Assembly: GCA_024679065.1 (NCBI GenBank)
Contig: JAGIQG010000009.1
Span: forward strand, 109,244,001-109,308,000
Source: Sphyrna mokarran
Lineage: Eukaryota
DNA length: 64,000 nt
Reading direction: 5' to 3'
Shown here: one piece after another, positions 24,085 through 37,499 of the stretch
How positions within the stretch are numbered: position 1 is the first letter of the stretch
Layout: the number at the start of each line of letters is the position of its first letter
Translations under genes and position numbers: made by a program
The notes under the pieces: generated by a model
Database searches by the model: none
Told to the model about the DNA's origin: nothing
Seen by the model: the letters and a program-made list of their open reading frames with translations, nothing else

Positions 24085-24355
24085 AGGGACCCGGGCTCAA
24101 TTCCGACCTCAGGTCACTGTCTGTGCGGAGTCTGCACATTCTCCCCATGTCTGCATGGGCTTCCTCCGGGGGCTTCGGTTTCCTCCTGGAGTCCAAAAGA
24201 TGTACGGATTGACTGTACTAAATTGGCCATTAGTGTTGGGGGACTAGGAAGTTAATTATGTGGGGTTGTGCAGATTGGCTCTGGGTGGGATTGTGGCCAG
24301 TGCAGGCTCAATGGGCTGAATGGCCTCCTTCTGCAGTATAGGGATTCTATGATTC
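24085..24355 (+). mobile_element. V-SINE (HE1-like), 5'-truncated
   Basis: B box, V-SINE body and CR1-like tail. Confidence 0.78.
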
Positions 24356-24776
24356 TCTCGGTTTGCACACTAGCTTCCACTGGAGTGTTGCACAACGTCC
24401 TGACTGTACCTGCACAGAGAATCCTCAACTGTCACACGTATAAATTCAGAACTTACCAATAGGAAAATGTCATTGACCCAACAAGCCTATTTCCCCCTCC
24501 CCCCCCGGCAAGATTCAAGTCACCTTCAGTCACATTCTCAATCTGGGACATCCAAAATCCTCCCTCAGTGTGTGTGGAAGGAAAGTGGCCATTGCCATAT
24601 TCCGGAATATTCTGCCCTGTGAGGTTGAACACAATAAATGAACGCGTGTCATGGTATTTATGGAGCAGTGTTGTGGTGGATTGAGGAGTGATGGGCTGAA
24701 GGGCCTCTCTCTCTCTGGACTGTAACGTTCTGCGAAATGCTTTGAAGATTCTTCATCATTGTGTCTTGTGTTTCAG

Positions 24777-24803
24777 CTGCTGAGCGAGTCATCACTGCCG
24801 CAG
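24777..24803 (+). CDS. Gene A microexon 6 (27 nt) AAERVITAA
   Basis: gtgtttcAG / CAG|GTGAGA. Confidence 0.85.
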
Positions 24804-24894
24804 GTGAGAGAAACACTTTCCCATCGCTTTACCAGGCCTCACATTGAGGAAATTGTCTCCCAGCCACTTCCTTCATGGTTTAGATTAACCCAAA

Positions 24895-25535
24895 TGGGAG
24901 GACCATCCAGTGGGTGGGAAATGAGACTGGGCGGACCATCCAGTGTTTGGGATATGAGACTGGGAGGACCATCCAGTGGGTGAGATATGAGACTGGGAGG
25001 ACCATCCAGCGGGTGAGATATGAAACTGGGAGGACCATCCAGTGGGTGAGATATGAGACTGGGAGGACCATCCAGTGGGTGGGATATGAGACTGGGAGGA
25101 CCATCCAGTGGGTGAGATATGAAACTGGGAGGACCATCCAGCGGGTGGGATTGAGACTGGGGAGGACCATCCAGTGGGTGGGATTGAGACTGGGAGGACC
25201 ATCCAGTGGGTGGGATTGAGACGGGGAGGACTATCCAGTGGGTGGGATATGAGACTGGGAGGACCATCCAATGGGTGGGATATGAGACTGGGAGGACCAA
25301 CCAGTGGGTGGATATGAGACTGGGAGGACCATCCAGTGGGTGGGATATGAGACTGGGAGGACCATCCAGTGGGTGGGATATGAGACTGGGAGGACCATCC
25401 AGTGGGTGGGATATGAGACTGGGAGGACCATCCAGTGGGTGGGATATGAGACTGGGAGGACCATCCAGTGGGTGGAATATGGAACTGGGAGGACCATCCA
25501 GTGGGTGGGATATGGAACTGGGAGGACCAACCAGT
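24895..25535. repeat. 33-bp minisatellite GAGACTGGGAGGACCATCCAGTGGGTGGGATAT
   Basis: About 19 copies. Confidence 0.96.
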
Positions 25536-25821
25536 TAAACATCATGAACCTGAGGGCACAGATTCAAAATGGTGGGTGAAAGAAGGAATAATGATGTAAA
25601 GAAAACATTTTAACCCAAAGTGTGGTTAGAGTCTGGAAGGGAAATCCCTGAGAAGGTGGAGGATGAGCTTCGATCGAGGTATTTACAGGGGAATTGGATC
25701 GTTAATTGAAACGAGAGGATGTGTGTGGTGACCGGGATAAGGCAGGGTTGTGGGACTAGATAGAATAGTCTTTCAGAGGCGTCGTCATGGTAACCGTGAA
25801 ATTGTCGTCAGAAGGGATTTA

Positions 25822-26125
25822 GCTGGGGAGGCAGTGGTATGGCGGTGTTATAATCTAGCAACCCAGTGTTCGAGTCCCACAACTTTGAATTCAGTAAATA
25901 TCTGAAGTTTGATGATCATAAAACCAGTGCCGATTGTCATAAAACCCATCTGGGTCCCTTTAGGGAAGGAAATCTGCCGTCCTTACCCTGTCTGGCCTAC
26001 ATGTGACTCCAGAGCCACAGCAAAGTGGTTGACTTTTAAATACCTTCTGAAATGGCCGAGGAAGGTCGGTTGAAGGGAAGGTAGGGATGGGCAACAAATG
26101 ATGGCCTTGCCAGCGATGCCCACAC
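25822..26125 (+). mobile_element. tRNA-like SINE (second family; further copies ~33800-34110, 57520-57870, 58210-58820, 61030-61215)
   Basis: B box gttcgagtcc; shared core tagggaaggaaatctgccgtccttacc..ggcctacatgtgactccag; tail gggatgggcaa..gccagcgatgcccac. Confidence 0.7.
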
Positions 26126-26474
26126 TCTATCTACACATTCATCACCACCACCTGCACCGAGAAGGTCTACACATTCTTCAGCCCCGGGGGGGATTATTTT
26201 CCTTCAATTATATTGAACTCATTAATTGAATCATTCCTTAATCTTCGAAAGACAATCAACTACAAAGCAGACAGGATTGACCCCTGTTAGTCTTGGTTAC
26301 ATCGGGTGGTACCCACACCAAGGCAAGGAAGGCAACGCACACATGGATTGGATGGGCCAAATGGCCTCCTCTTGTGCTGTACCGTGCCGATTCTCTTCCC
26401 CCCATCTCCTGTGTTTGTCATCTCATTCCCAGTGATTTTTGGGCCTGACCTATGATCTCCTTTTGTGTTGCCAG

Positions 26475-26989
26475 TTCCGGTGACCTTCGACCCCGAGAGC
26501 GCCAACCCCTACCTGGCAGTCTCGAAGGACCGGCTGACTGTGACGTTCAACGACGAATGGCAGAACCTTCCGGCCAACCCCAAGAGGTTCAACTCCCGCC
26601 TCTTCGTGATCGCCAACGAGGGGTACGAGGCGGGCAGCCACTACTGGGAGGTGCTGGTTGACAGCAAGCCAGACTGGGACCTGGGAGTGGTTAAAGGGAC
26701 CATCTCCAGGGACGAGTGGATCACCCTGAGCCCGGAGAACGGCTTCTGGACCATCGGGAAGCGGGGCAACAACTACGAGGTTAACTCCAACTCCCCCGAA
26801 CCCATCTCGTGCCCGGTGACCACCCAGAAAATCGGCATCTACCTGAATTACGAGGAGGGCATGGTTGGCTTCTACAATGTCGATGACATGATGCTAATCT
26901 ACAGCTTCACCACCACCTTCTCCGAGAAAGTCTACCCATTCTTCAGCCCCTGGGGATCGAAAGAGGAAATGAAAATCTCCCCCCTCTAA
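26475..26989 (+). CDS. Gene A terminal B30.2 (PRY-SPRY) exon
   Basis: VTFDPESANPYLAVS..NPKRF..HYWEV..WDLGV..PENGFW..KIGIYLNYEEG..VYPFFSP; stop at 26989; total CDS 1491 nt. Confidence 0.97.
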
Positions 26990-27162
26990 CTCCCAACGGT
27001 CCAAATCAGTGAAGACAAACAGATACCCCAGGGGCAGCTTGGGACAATCAAGATGGACGACACGAATAGGAGCAAAACCAATTCTTTTGCAAAGAGAAAA
27101 AGATGGTCCAACATTTGCCAATTTTGATACTGATTTGTATCGATGACAAAGACACTGGGTGT

Positions 27163-27168
27163 ATTAAA
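27163..27168 (+). terminator. Candidate poly(A) signal ATTAAA of gene A (alternative AATAAA 27452-27457)
   Basis: First hexamers downstream of the stop. Confidence 0.4.
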
Positions 27169-27489
27169 AGACAATTTACTGCGGACGCTGGAATCTGAAA
27201 CAAAAACAGAAAATGCTGGAAAATCTCAGCAGGTCTGACAGCATCTGCGGGGAGAGAATAGAACTAATGTCTAGAGTCTGAATGATCCTGCTTCGCTCTA
27301 TTCTCTCTCCATAGATATTTTCCTCATTTCCTCCCACGTTCTGAAGGACGTGCAGGTTAGCTGCATTGACCCAAACAGGTGCCGGAGTGTGGCGATTAGG
27401 GGAATTTCACTTCATTGCAGTGTTAATGTAAGCCTTACCAGTGACTAATTAAATAAATTTTAAAAACTTTAATATATAGTCATTGACTC

Positions 27490-28720
27490 CACAGAAGTTT
27501 ACAGCACGGAAACAGGCTATTCCTCCCAACTTGTCCTGCCACCTTTTTAACCATTAAGCTAGTCCCAATTGCCCACATTTGGCCCATATCCCTCGGTACC
27601 CATCTTACCCATGTAACTGTCTAAACGCTTTTTAAAGGTCAAAATTGGCAGCTCATTTCAGACACTCACCACTCTCTGAGTGAAAATGTTCACTCTGGAC
27701 CTTTTTCTGTCTCTCCCTTCTCACCTTAAACCTATGCCCTCTAGTTTTACACTCCCCCATTGACTATTGAACTAGGAGCAGGGAAAAGATATTGACTATA
27801 AGAACTAGGAGCAGGAGTCAGCCCTCTGGCCTCTCGAGCCTGCTCCGCCATTCAATAAGATCATGGCTTATCTTTTGGCGGACTCAGCTTCGCTTACCCG
27901 CCCGCTCACCATAACCCTTAATTCCTTTACTGTTCAAAAATCTATCTATCCTTGCCTTAAAAACATTCAATGAGGTCGCCTCAACTGGGCAGGGAATTCC
28001 ACAGATTCACAACCCTTTGTGTGAAGAAGTTCCTCCTCAACTCAATCGTAAATCTGCTTTCCCCTTATTTGACGCTAGTTCTAGTTTCAGTTATCAGCGA
28101 AAACAATTCCCTGCTTCTATCTTATCTATCTCCTTCATTATCTTATATGTTTCTATAAGATCTCCCCTCATTCTTCTGAATTCCAGCAAGTATAAACCCA
28201 GTGTACTCAGTCTGTCCTCATAAGCCAATCCTCTCAACTCCAGAATCAACGTAGTGAATCTCCTCTGCACCCTCTCCAGTGCCAGTATATCCTTTCTCAA
28301 GGAAGGAGACCAAAACTGTACACAGTAACTCCAGGTGTGGCCTCACCAGCACCTTATACAGCTGTAACATAACCTCACTGTTTTTAAGTTCCATCCTTCT
28401 AGCAATGAAAGACAAAAATTCCATTTGCTTTCTTAATTATCTGCTGTGTCTGCAAACCAACTCCTTGAGATTCCTGCATAAAGACACCCAGGTCCCTCTG
28501 CACAGCATTTAAATAACAGTCCATTTTGTTATTCCGAGCAAAATTAATGACCTCACCTTTACCAACATTGTACTCCATCAGCCAGACCCTCACTGACTCA
28601 CTTATATTATCTATATCCCTTTGCAGATGCCCTATGCCCCTCATTATTTTATGGATTTCTATAAGACCACCCCTAAGTGTTCTACGCTCGAGGGGAAAAA
28701 GTCCCAGTCTCTCCAGTTCC
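27490..28720 (-). mobile_element. Cluster of minus-strand CR1-like LINE 3' fragments
   Basis: ORFs LERVQRRFTTLI..RRMRGDLIETYKIM; MLQLYKVLVRPHLE; HLQRDIDN..MEYNVGK. Confidence 0.88.
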
Positions 28721-29119
28721 TCCTTAGACTTCAGAGCTGCTGAGATTTTCCAGCATTTTCTGATAGTGAAACAAATTTATGGGCTTGTTTTTGTTGCCCT
28801 GCTCTCCCCCACCGTCCCCTCAGGGAATGGGCTACTCACTCTTCACTTGCCTATTTCCCTCCGGAAGATATTTCCACTCGTGGGGTGAGGGGGAGTGGGG
28901 GAGAGAAATAAGAACAAAACAAGAGTTCATAAACGTAAGTTCTTCATAAATCCTGTCCCATTTTGTTTATCCAGTGGGATCGTTCAGATGCTTTGATGAG
29001 GGATGGAAAATTCCAGGTTTAAAAAAAAGGCGGCTCTCGTGCTCAGGAATCCGCTGCTCCAGGCCTTACAACCTCAGGTGGCTGGCGGAGAGGGAGGCTG
29101 TGGACGCGGTGGTGGAGGG

Positions 29120-29995
29120 GGGGACCAGGATCGGGGGAGACAGGATGGGGGAGGGGGGAGACCAGGATCGGGGCTGGGAGAGCCAGGACTGGGGTGGGGG
29201 GGGGGAGGGGGGGGGAGGGGGGAGACCAGGATCGGGGGGGGGGGAGGGGGGGGAGGGGGGAGACCAGGATCGGGGGGGGGGGGAGGGGGAGGGGGTGACC
29301 AGGATCGGGGGGGGGGTGACTAGGATGGGGGGTGACTAGGATCGGGGTGACGGTCAGGATCGGTGGGAGGGGGGTGACCAGGATCGGGGGGGGGGGGAGG
29401 GGGGTGACCAGGATCGGGGGGTGGGGGAGGGGGATTGGGGGGTGACCAGGATCGGGAGGGGTGACCAGGATCGGGGGTGGGGGAGGGGGGAGAGGGGTTG
29501 ACTAGGATCGGTGGGTGACCAGGATCTGGGGGGAGGGGGGTGACCAGGTGCGGGGGGGGGGGGGGTGACTAGGATCGGGGGGTGACCAGGATCGGGGGGG
29601 GGGGGGGGGGGTTAACAGGATCGGGGGTGGGGGAGGGGGCGAGGGGTGACCAGGATCGGGGGGGGGAGGGGGGTGACCAGGATCGGGGGAGGGGGGGAAG
29701 GGGGGTGACCAGGACGGGGGGGGGTGACGCAGGATTCAGGGGGGGGGGAGGGGTGTGACCATGATCGGGCGGGGGGAGGGGGGTGACCTAGGGATCGGGG
29801 GGGGGATGGGTGACCAGGATCAGGGGCGGGGGGAGGGGGGTGACCATGATCGGGGGGGGGGGAGGGGGGTGACCAGGATCGGGGGGGGGGAGGGGGGGTG
29901 ACCAGGATCCGGGGGAGGAGGGGTGAGATGGGGGGAGGCGTGGTGACCAGGATCGGGGGGTGGGGGAGGGGGGGTGACCAGGATTCGGGGGGGGG
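29120..29995. repeat. G-rich minisatellite GGGTGACCAGGATCG(G)n
   Basis: Many copies with variable G runs. Confidence 0.93.
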
Positions 29996-30059
29996 GGGCT
30001 GGCTGGATGGCGGGGGGAGGGCTGGCTGAGCGGGCGGGGGGGGGGCGGAGGTGGGGGTG

Positions 30060-30950
30060 TCTGTCCGGCGACAGTCATCGGAGACCTTCGGACGGTCGCG
30101 CTCGGCCCCGAAAGCGCAGGCGGGCTCGAGGCTCAGACGGAATTTCACGGTGGCCCGAAGCTGAGATCCCCCCTCCCCGGCGCCTGCCCCACTGCGCGAG
30201 CTATCTCACGGAAATGTCCTCCGTGCCTTTTCCCAGCGCGCGGAGGCGTTTCCTGTACATCACCTTCCACTGCCGCGTCCTCGCCTGTCGCCCGGATACA
30301 CCTCGGAGGGCCTTGTTACCTCCGGGTGGCGGAGGTCCCCGATGGAGGTTCCCCCCAAGGAAGGATCTCCCTCGGGGACCCGGGGTGGAGGCTGCAGCGG
30401 TGCCCGTAGGTTTTCCCGGTTCCCGGGACTGCCCTTTCTGCGGCCTCCTGGAGTCCGTGGATTATGTTTCACGTTCTAGATCGCACGCCCTTTTTGTTTT
30501 TCTGAAACCCGTTTTACTGACGTGTTGTTTGCCCTTCAGTCCCACGCTCCTGATTCCCGGACACCCGGTGCGGAGAGGGGAGGGGAGGGATGCCGACCTC
30601 TTCGTGAACCTGCTCCTGGGCCTGGCGAGATGCCGGGCAGCGGGCGATCGACAGGGTCGTCCATCCCGACCGTCTGCTCCTCTACCGCGGCTACATTCGC
30701 GGCAAAGTGTCCCTGGATAGGGAGCGTGTGGGGTCTGCGGGCACCGTTGATGCCTTCCGTGCCCGCTGGGCACACAAAGGCTGGCGTGCGTTATAAATCC
30801 CGACAATCACATTTTGATTTAACGTGTCTTTTAAGTTTCCTTTGCGATTTTTCTTTTTGTTCGGCCTGTTCCCTTTCCTTTTGGGGAGCTGCCCCTTTTA
30901 CTTTGTCCTAATTTAATTTAATTTGTCTATTTGGTTTGACCTCAAAAGAA
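30060..30950 (+). mobile_element. Tx1/L1-clade LINE 3' fragment (zinc-knuckle region)
   Basis: CPFCGLLESVDYV..FSPTLLIPGHPVRRGEGRDADLFVNLLLGLA; CpG-rich body with T-rich 3' UTR. Confidence 0.72.
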
Positions 30951-31709
30951 GGCAGGTACCTCGCAAGTGAGCAACATCCGTGGAGAGGTTAACATTTCAG
31001 ATCAGTGACCCCTCGTCAGGGCAAAAACAGACAATGCTGGAAAATCTCAGCCCCTAAGGGCAGTTAGGGATGGGGTGATAAATACGGGCCCAGCCACTGA
31101 GCCCATGAATGAATCTTAAATTACCTCTTTGCTCCTTTGTCGCCTCTTCCAGCCTTACCAGCCCCTGTTCCCCACCCCGAGATATCCAGACTCCTCGTAA
31201 TTCTGGCCCTTTTGAAAATGTTGGATTTTGATCTCTCCACCAATGCTGGCTGTACCTTCAGTGGCTCCGTTCCTGAGGTCTGTGGATCTCCCTTTCTCCC
31301 ACTGACCTCTCTCAAATCAACCTCGTTGACCAAACTTTTGGTCATGTGACCACGCATCTTGTGTGGTCGGGCGAATGTATTCAATTTGGCGATGTGCCTT
31401 CAGATTTCTTTTTCACAATGAAGGTGTTGGATTAAGAGTTTCGTTATTCCTTTGATCTCGGAGAGATTTTGCATGCCTATTTCTAATAAAACAGAAATTA
31501 ATTGTGGAAGAGTCTTCTTGTGTGCAGTCATTGTATCGCAATAGTTAGTCCAGTTCCCTGGTGAAGTTGGGTTGCTTATCCTCCAGAATTATTCCAGAGG
31601 CTTCCGGAATTGAAGATGAATTTCCGGGATAGAAACCTGTGTTGAGACCAGCATGGGGGTTAGCTCATATTGACTATGGTTTGTATATATGTACATAGCT
31701 TAGTAAAGA

Positions 31710-31920
31710 AACCCTACAGTGCAGAAGGAGGCCATTCAGCCCATCAAATCCATGCTGACAACAATTCCACCCAGGTCCTATCCCTGAAACATTTTTACCC
31801 TGCTAATCCCCCTGAGACTGGGGTCAATTTAGCACAGCCAGTGAACCTAACCTGTACATCTTTAGACTGTGGGAGGAAACTGGAGCACTCGGAGGAAGCT
31901 CACACAGATATGGGGACCAG
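31710..31920 (-). mobile_element. V-SINE fragment
   Basis: Reverse tail ctacagtgcagaaggaggccattc and body ctgtgggaggaaactggagcac. Confidence 0.75.
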
Positions 31921-33147
31921 TTGTAACAAATTGAGGGATCACAATATCACGTTTGGAGTGCTCACTCAGAATTAGAGTGGGGAAAATAAATCTTTGAGAC
32001 CAATGTTGAGAAACTGCGAATAGACTTTCTTGGGTCTGTAAAAACGTCCACTTTTGACGCCAGCACTTTCTAGGCAGCTTCAGAGAAAGTTACGTTTGAG
32101 GATTAGAAAATTCTGTCCCACGTACCATTAAGACTTAGCGAGGCACTCGAATTTCAGCAGAGCATCCATCATTTTCAAAGGGTTAGTCTACGGGTGGAAG
32201 TTGAGGGTAATGATATGGAGAGAGTAGTGGGGAAGAGATTAAAATTGCAGCAATGGAAATTTGAATTTCAGGGAAGATCAGAAAGGGAAGAGGGAGACAG
32301 TGACCCAAGCCGGGAATTGAACCCGGGTCCCTGGCACTGTGAGGCATCAGTGCCAACCACTGTGCCACCCCATTACATTGTGTTATCAATGTAACACCAG
32401 AATCCACAGGCTGATCTTTATTTAACATGAGGGTCACCTCAGGCGAGAAGGCAGCTGGTACAGGAATTGAACCCGTGCTGTTGGCATCACTCTGCATCAT
32501 CTGAAGAATCTCTTTCTTCCAAAACTGTCTGTTTGCTCATTATAAAGCTTGACATTCAGGCGAAGACTCAGTTTATTTTCTGATTGGCCATGGGCAGGTA
32601 GGTTGCCATGACAATGCATATTTTGAGTGGCCAATGGTGGGAGAGTTTTGCTGGTGGGGGGGGGGGGGGGGGGGGGGAGTCGGAGATGAGAGTGAAATTG
32701 AGGCCATGAGAAAATCAGCCATGATTTCATTGAATAGCGGAGGAGGCTCGAGAGACCAGATCGCTGACTCCTGCTCCTCGTTCTTATATTTATAAGAGAG
32801 ATTATGTAATGAAAAACCTTCAAGGATTATCTGTGCCTTCACTATCGTCTGACATCGCCCTACCTGCATTGTCGAGTAGCCTCTGAGTGGGATCATTCTG
32901 TGTCCTTGTCCTCCTCCAGCCCTCATTCCCATCCCCGTCACCCATCGACAGCAGGGGTTAGCTGTGTTTGCCCCTGTATTCCCCTCCATAAGAAAGAGAG
33001 CTTGAATTTCTATAGCACCTGTCACCATCTCAGCACTTCCCTCTTCACACCTCACAGCCTGGGAAGTATTGAATTGCCATAATGTGGAAAATAGAGAGGC
33101 ATATTTACACACAACAAGATCCCACAAACATGATGTGATTATGATCC

Positions 33148-33482
33148 GGGCAGCATGGTGGCACAGTGGTTAGCACTGCTGCTTCACAGCTCTAGGGACC
33201 TGGTTCGATTCCCGGCTCGGGTCACTGTCTATATGGAGTTTGCACATCCTCCTCGTGTCTGCATGGGTTTCCTCCAGGTGCTCCGGTTTCCTCCCACAGT
33301 CCAAAGATGTGCGGGTTAGGTTGATAGGCCATGCTAAAATTGCCCCTTAGCGTGCTGAGACATGTAGGTTAGAAGGATTAGTGGGAAAATATGTAGGGAT
33401 ATGGGAGTAGGGCGTGGATAGGATTGTGGTCAGTGCAGACTTGATGGGCCGAATGGTCTCTTTCTGCACTGTAGGGTTTCTA
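33148..33482 (+). mobile_element. Full-length V-SINE (HE1-like)
   Basis: Head gggcagcatggtggcacagtggttagcactg, B box ggttcgattccc, V-SINE body, CR1-like tail. Confidence 0.88.
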
Positions 33483-35574
33483 GGGTGATCAGATCATCTG
33501 TTTCCATGAAGCTGAATGACAGATAAATATTGACCATGATAACTCACTCCCCTTCTCTCAATCCAATTGTGGATGTATAAACTTTTCACCTAATCCCGGG
33601 AGGGAGATGGGGGTCTGGCTTCAATATCTCAGTGAAAATACAGCCATTCTGGCAGTGCTGCACTCTGGCAGTACTACACTGGGTGTCAGCTTGGATCTGT
33701 GAGTGTAATTGATCGAAGTGGAGCTCTAACCCATGATCTGACCTGGAGATTGCAGGATAAGGGGTATCCAGAATAGCCAGGGTTCATTCTGAGTGAGTAA
33801 TGGTATTGTTACTGGACTAGAATTCCAGAGATCCATAGTTCAAATCCCCTCCCAATTTTATTTCAATAAAAATCTGGAATTTGATGACCATGAAATCATT
33901 GTCGATTGTCAGAAAAACCCATCCAGCTCCCTTTAAGGAAGGAAACCTGCCGTTCTTACCTGATCTGATCTACGTGTGACTCCAGATCCACAGCAAAGCG
34001 ATTGACTCTTAAATACCCTGTGAAATAACCAAGTGAGTTACTCCATTCAAGGACAATTAAGGGTGGGGAATAAACACTGGCCAGTCATTAACACCCACAT
34101 TTCATGAATGATTTTTTTAAAAAATGTGGGATTCTTTTAAAAAAAAGTACTGCCCAATATAAGATAATAGATGAACTGAGATGAGAGAGAGTTATGAACT
34201 GGACGGAGACCTGTGTTGAGGCCAGTGTGGAGTTAGCTCATCACTTGGACTATATTTATGTAGATAGTTTTGTGCTTTCAATATAAAGTTGCTATAGCCC
34301 AAATGACCATAGAATAGTTATTAGTAACATTAGCCAATATAAGAATTGAACCCAGACTGTTAGTTTCATTCTGCATCACAAACCAGCCACCTGAGCAAAA
34401 TCAGCACCCAGCTATCAATGAATGCTTAATGTTCAACCATACAAACCTCAGAACCACTTTATCAAACCATAGAATATTAGCAAGCTAAGCATTGAGACAG
34501 GGTTAAATGACTCACCCACCAACGAAGGAAGAACCTGATTGACTGGAATATCCTGAGGATATGAAAGGCCACAAAGAGGAAGGTGCGATAATCTTTCTCT
34601 AAATTTACTGTGACTGATCTTAAAGGAAAAAAAATCAATCTCCTGTTATCAAGGAACTGCTGCGTATTTTGTAAAGAAGAAATCTGAACTTGTGAGTAAG
34701 TTTTGAGTAAATGTGAAGGAGCTGGGTAAAGGAAGATAATGATATGTTTTAACGATCCAGATATTTTGGGATCTTGAGACAGGCTCGCAATCGACTGAAA
34801 GGCAAGTTATGAATCGTAGCTGCATTTACAATGAATCATCGCATTGGCTAAAGCCTGCGTACTGGCACAATTTCATCTTCAAATAAGGAGCATAATAAAT
34901 AGGATCATGAGTAGGTCGCTTGGCCCTTTCAGCCCATTCTCTATGCAAAGACAGCTCCTAGATGATTGTACTGCACAGCCAGGATGTTCGCTGTGGGCAG
35001 GGCGAGAGAACAGGCCCTCTTGGATCACCTCAGTAAAGCTGCCCATTTCACTGAGCACACTGCAGGAAAGCCAGAGGCTCCAGAGTATTCCTGGTTCCGC
35101 AGCTTGGAATTAATGGTTGTGTACAATTAGCTTTGTAGCTGCTCCCATCAACATACTGAAAGGTGCCTCTGTGAGGGAGGAGAAAGGTGGCAAATGGGGT
35201 TCAATTTGGAAAATAGTGAAGTAAAGCATTCAGGGAGGGTGAATAAAGCCAGGGAATCCTCAGCAGATTTGCAATATTAATAAGCAGTAGTGGAGAACTG
35301 GTGGCCTGGAGGGGGCAGGGGTGGGGGGGGGGGGGGGAGGCATTTGCCACATTTGGGTTCCAAATGCAGTTCACAAGACAATCTGTTGACGGTTACCCAA
35401 GTGCAGGGTTGTTACGTTCCACTGATTGCTGTCTGTGGTGTTATTCCATAGGGAATTACTGAAGTGATACATTGATAAAGGTCAAGAGAAGTGAGGTGTG
35501 TGCTGTTTGCACACATTGACTGTGAGGGCTGTTCCCTGTGTTCAAAGTGGCAATATTTATCTTTTAACTACTTT

Positions 35575-36112
35575 GTGAGATCTTCATGAGACCACATTTG
35601 GAATATTGTGCGCAGTTCTGGTCACCTCACTACCAGAAGGATGTGGAAGCATTGGAGAGGGAGTGCAGAGGAGGTTTACTAGGATGCTGCCTGGTTTGCA
35701 AGGTAGGTGTTATGAGGAAAGGTTGAGGGAGCTGGGGCTTTTCTCTTTACAGTCGAGGAAGAGGGGCGACTTAGTAGAGGTTTATAAGATGTTGAGAGGG
35801 ATTGATAGAGTGGACATGCAGAGACTATCTCCTCGGGTGGGTATAGCTGTTACTACAGGGCATAACTTTAAGGTTCATGGTGGGAGATATAGGAGGGATA
35901 TCTGAGGTAGATTCTTTACTCAGAGAGTGGTTGGGGTGTGGAATACACTGCCTGCTGTGATAGTGGAGTCGGACACTTTAGGAACTTTCAAGCAGTTATT
36001 GGATAAGTATATGGAGCACTCCAGAATGATAGGGAGTGGGATAGCTTAATCTTAGTTTCAGACAAAGTTTGGCACAATATTGAGGGCCAAAGGGCCTGTA
36101 ATGTGTTGTACT
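35575..36112 (+). mobile_element. CR1-like LINE 3' fragment
   Basis: VQRRFTRMLPGL..YEERLRELGLFSL..RGDLVEVYKMLRG; tail gggccaaagggcctgt. Confidence 0.88.
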
Positions 36113-37499
36113 CTTATTTTGAAGTTGCTGATAGTTCTATTAAAATATAAATGATTAAACATTTTCTATAACTCGTTATGAAATATTCAGCATGTACTAA
36201 ATCTATTTAATCTTATTCATGGTGTCATGGTCAGTGAACAAGCCGCATTTCAATCTTGTAGCCCCCTTAGACGGCAGAGGACCACTCCTGTGGCCCAGGT
36301 TGGTGATCACTGGTGGTGAACAGGAATATGATTTTCATGTCCATGGGTCTCTGAAGGTAGTTGACAGGTCGATAAAGTGGTAATGAAGGTGTAACATTTC
36401 AAACGAGCACAAAGACATAGCTTGGTTAGTGGTGAGAAAGGCCCTTCAGATCCTTCCTGTGTGTTTGGAGTCTTATCCCTCTGCAGTTGGGGTTAGAGAC
36501 TGTTGCCCTATCTCCTTCTGCAATGTGTCTTTGCAAAACATTTCTGCAAATAGATGTGCTTTTTTTAAAATCGCGGTTAATCCTGAGCAGTTCTGTAACA
36601 CAGTGCCTTGTGCTGTATATTCAGTTCCCAGGGACACGTCAAAGATGGCAGGAGGAGAATGGGATACCATGTTTTTGCTCTTGGAATGGTATGTGATCAC
36701 ACAGTGAGGATTCACAGAGATTTACGAGGATGTTCCAGGACTTGTAGCTGTGAGAAGCGATTGGATTGGGTCTGGTTATTTGAAACAGGATGGTTGAGAA
36801 GATGTTGAATTGAGCTGGGACTTTCCAGACCTTCCTGCTGGTGGGATTTTCCACTCCTATCGAAGATGACTTTCCGAACAACAGTGGTTCCCCAGTGACA
36901 TGGCCAGAGAGCAATACAAATGGCTACTAACTTCGGTGGGACTGGAAGATCCACCAATGGCAAGCTGCTTCTGCCACTGGAAACCCACTGCAGGAACTGG
37001 GGCTGGAAAATCCTGGCCATAAGATCTTGGGCTGGATCCTCTGGCCTCAGCTGCAGCTAGGATTCTCCAGTGCCGCTGCTGTGAATGGAGACATCGCTGA
37101 GTGCCAAATTCTCCATTCTCATCTGCAGCAGCAGCGAGGTGAATGAGACCAGAGATTTCATTAGCAAGTGAAGGAGATTTCATGCAAAATTTTACAGTCA
37201 AAGGATTTTCCAGACTCATCTAGAGTGGGAGCTGTTGTGTGTGAGGACGGAAAATTTAGCATTCCATTCTATTGAGCCTAAATCATCACTGGCAAATCCC
37301 AACTGTAGGCAAGGATGGAAAATTTTGGTCAGAGAGAGTGGAATTTACCAGCAAGATTTTCCACTCCCGCCGAGGTCTTCTAATTGGCTCGCCGTAGTTT
37401 ACAACCCCTCCGTGATAGGGGCCACGAAATATTTAGGGCAGGATTTTCTGGCCACATTCACCCTGAGGTCAATGAAGCTTTGATGGACCATGTCCCACT

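Noticed and set aside
26475-26989. B30.2 exons as stand-alone TRIM/finTRIM genes
   Set aside because: No RING or B-box exons; both splice in frame to IgV-IgC-TM exons
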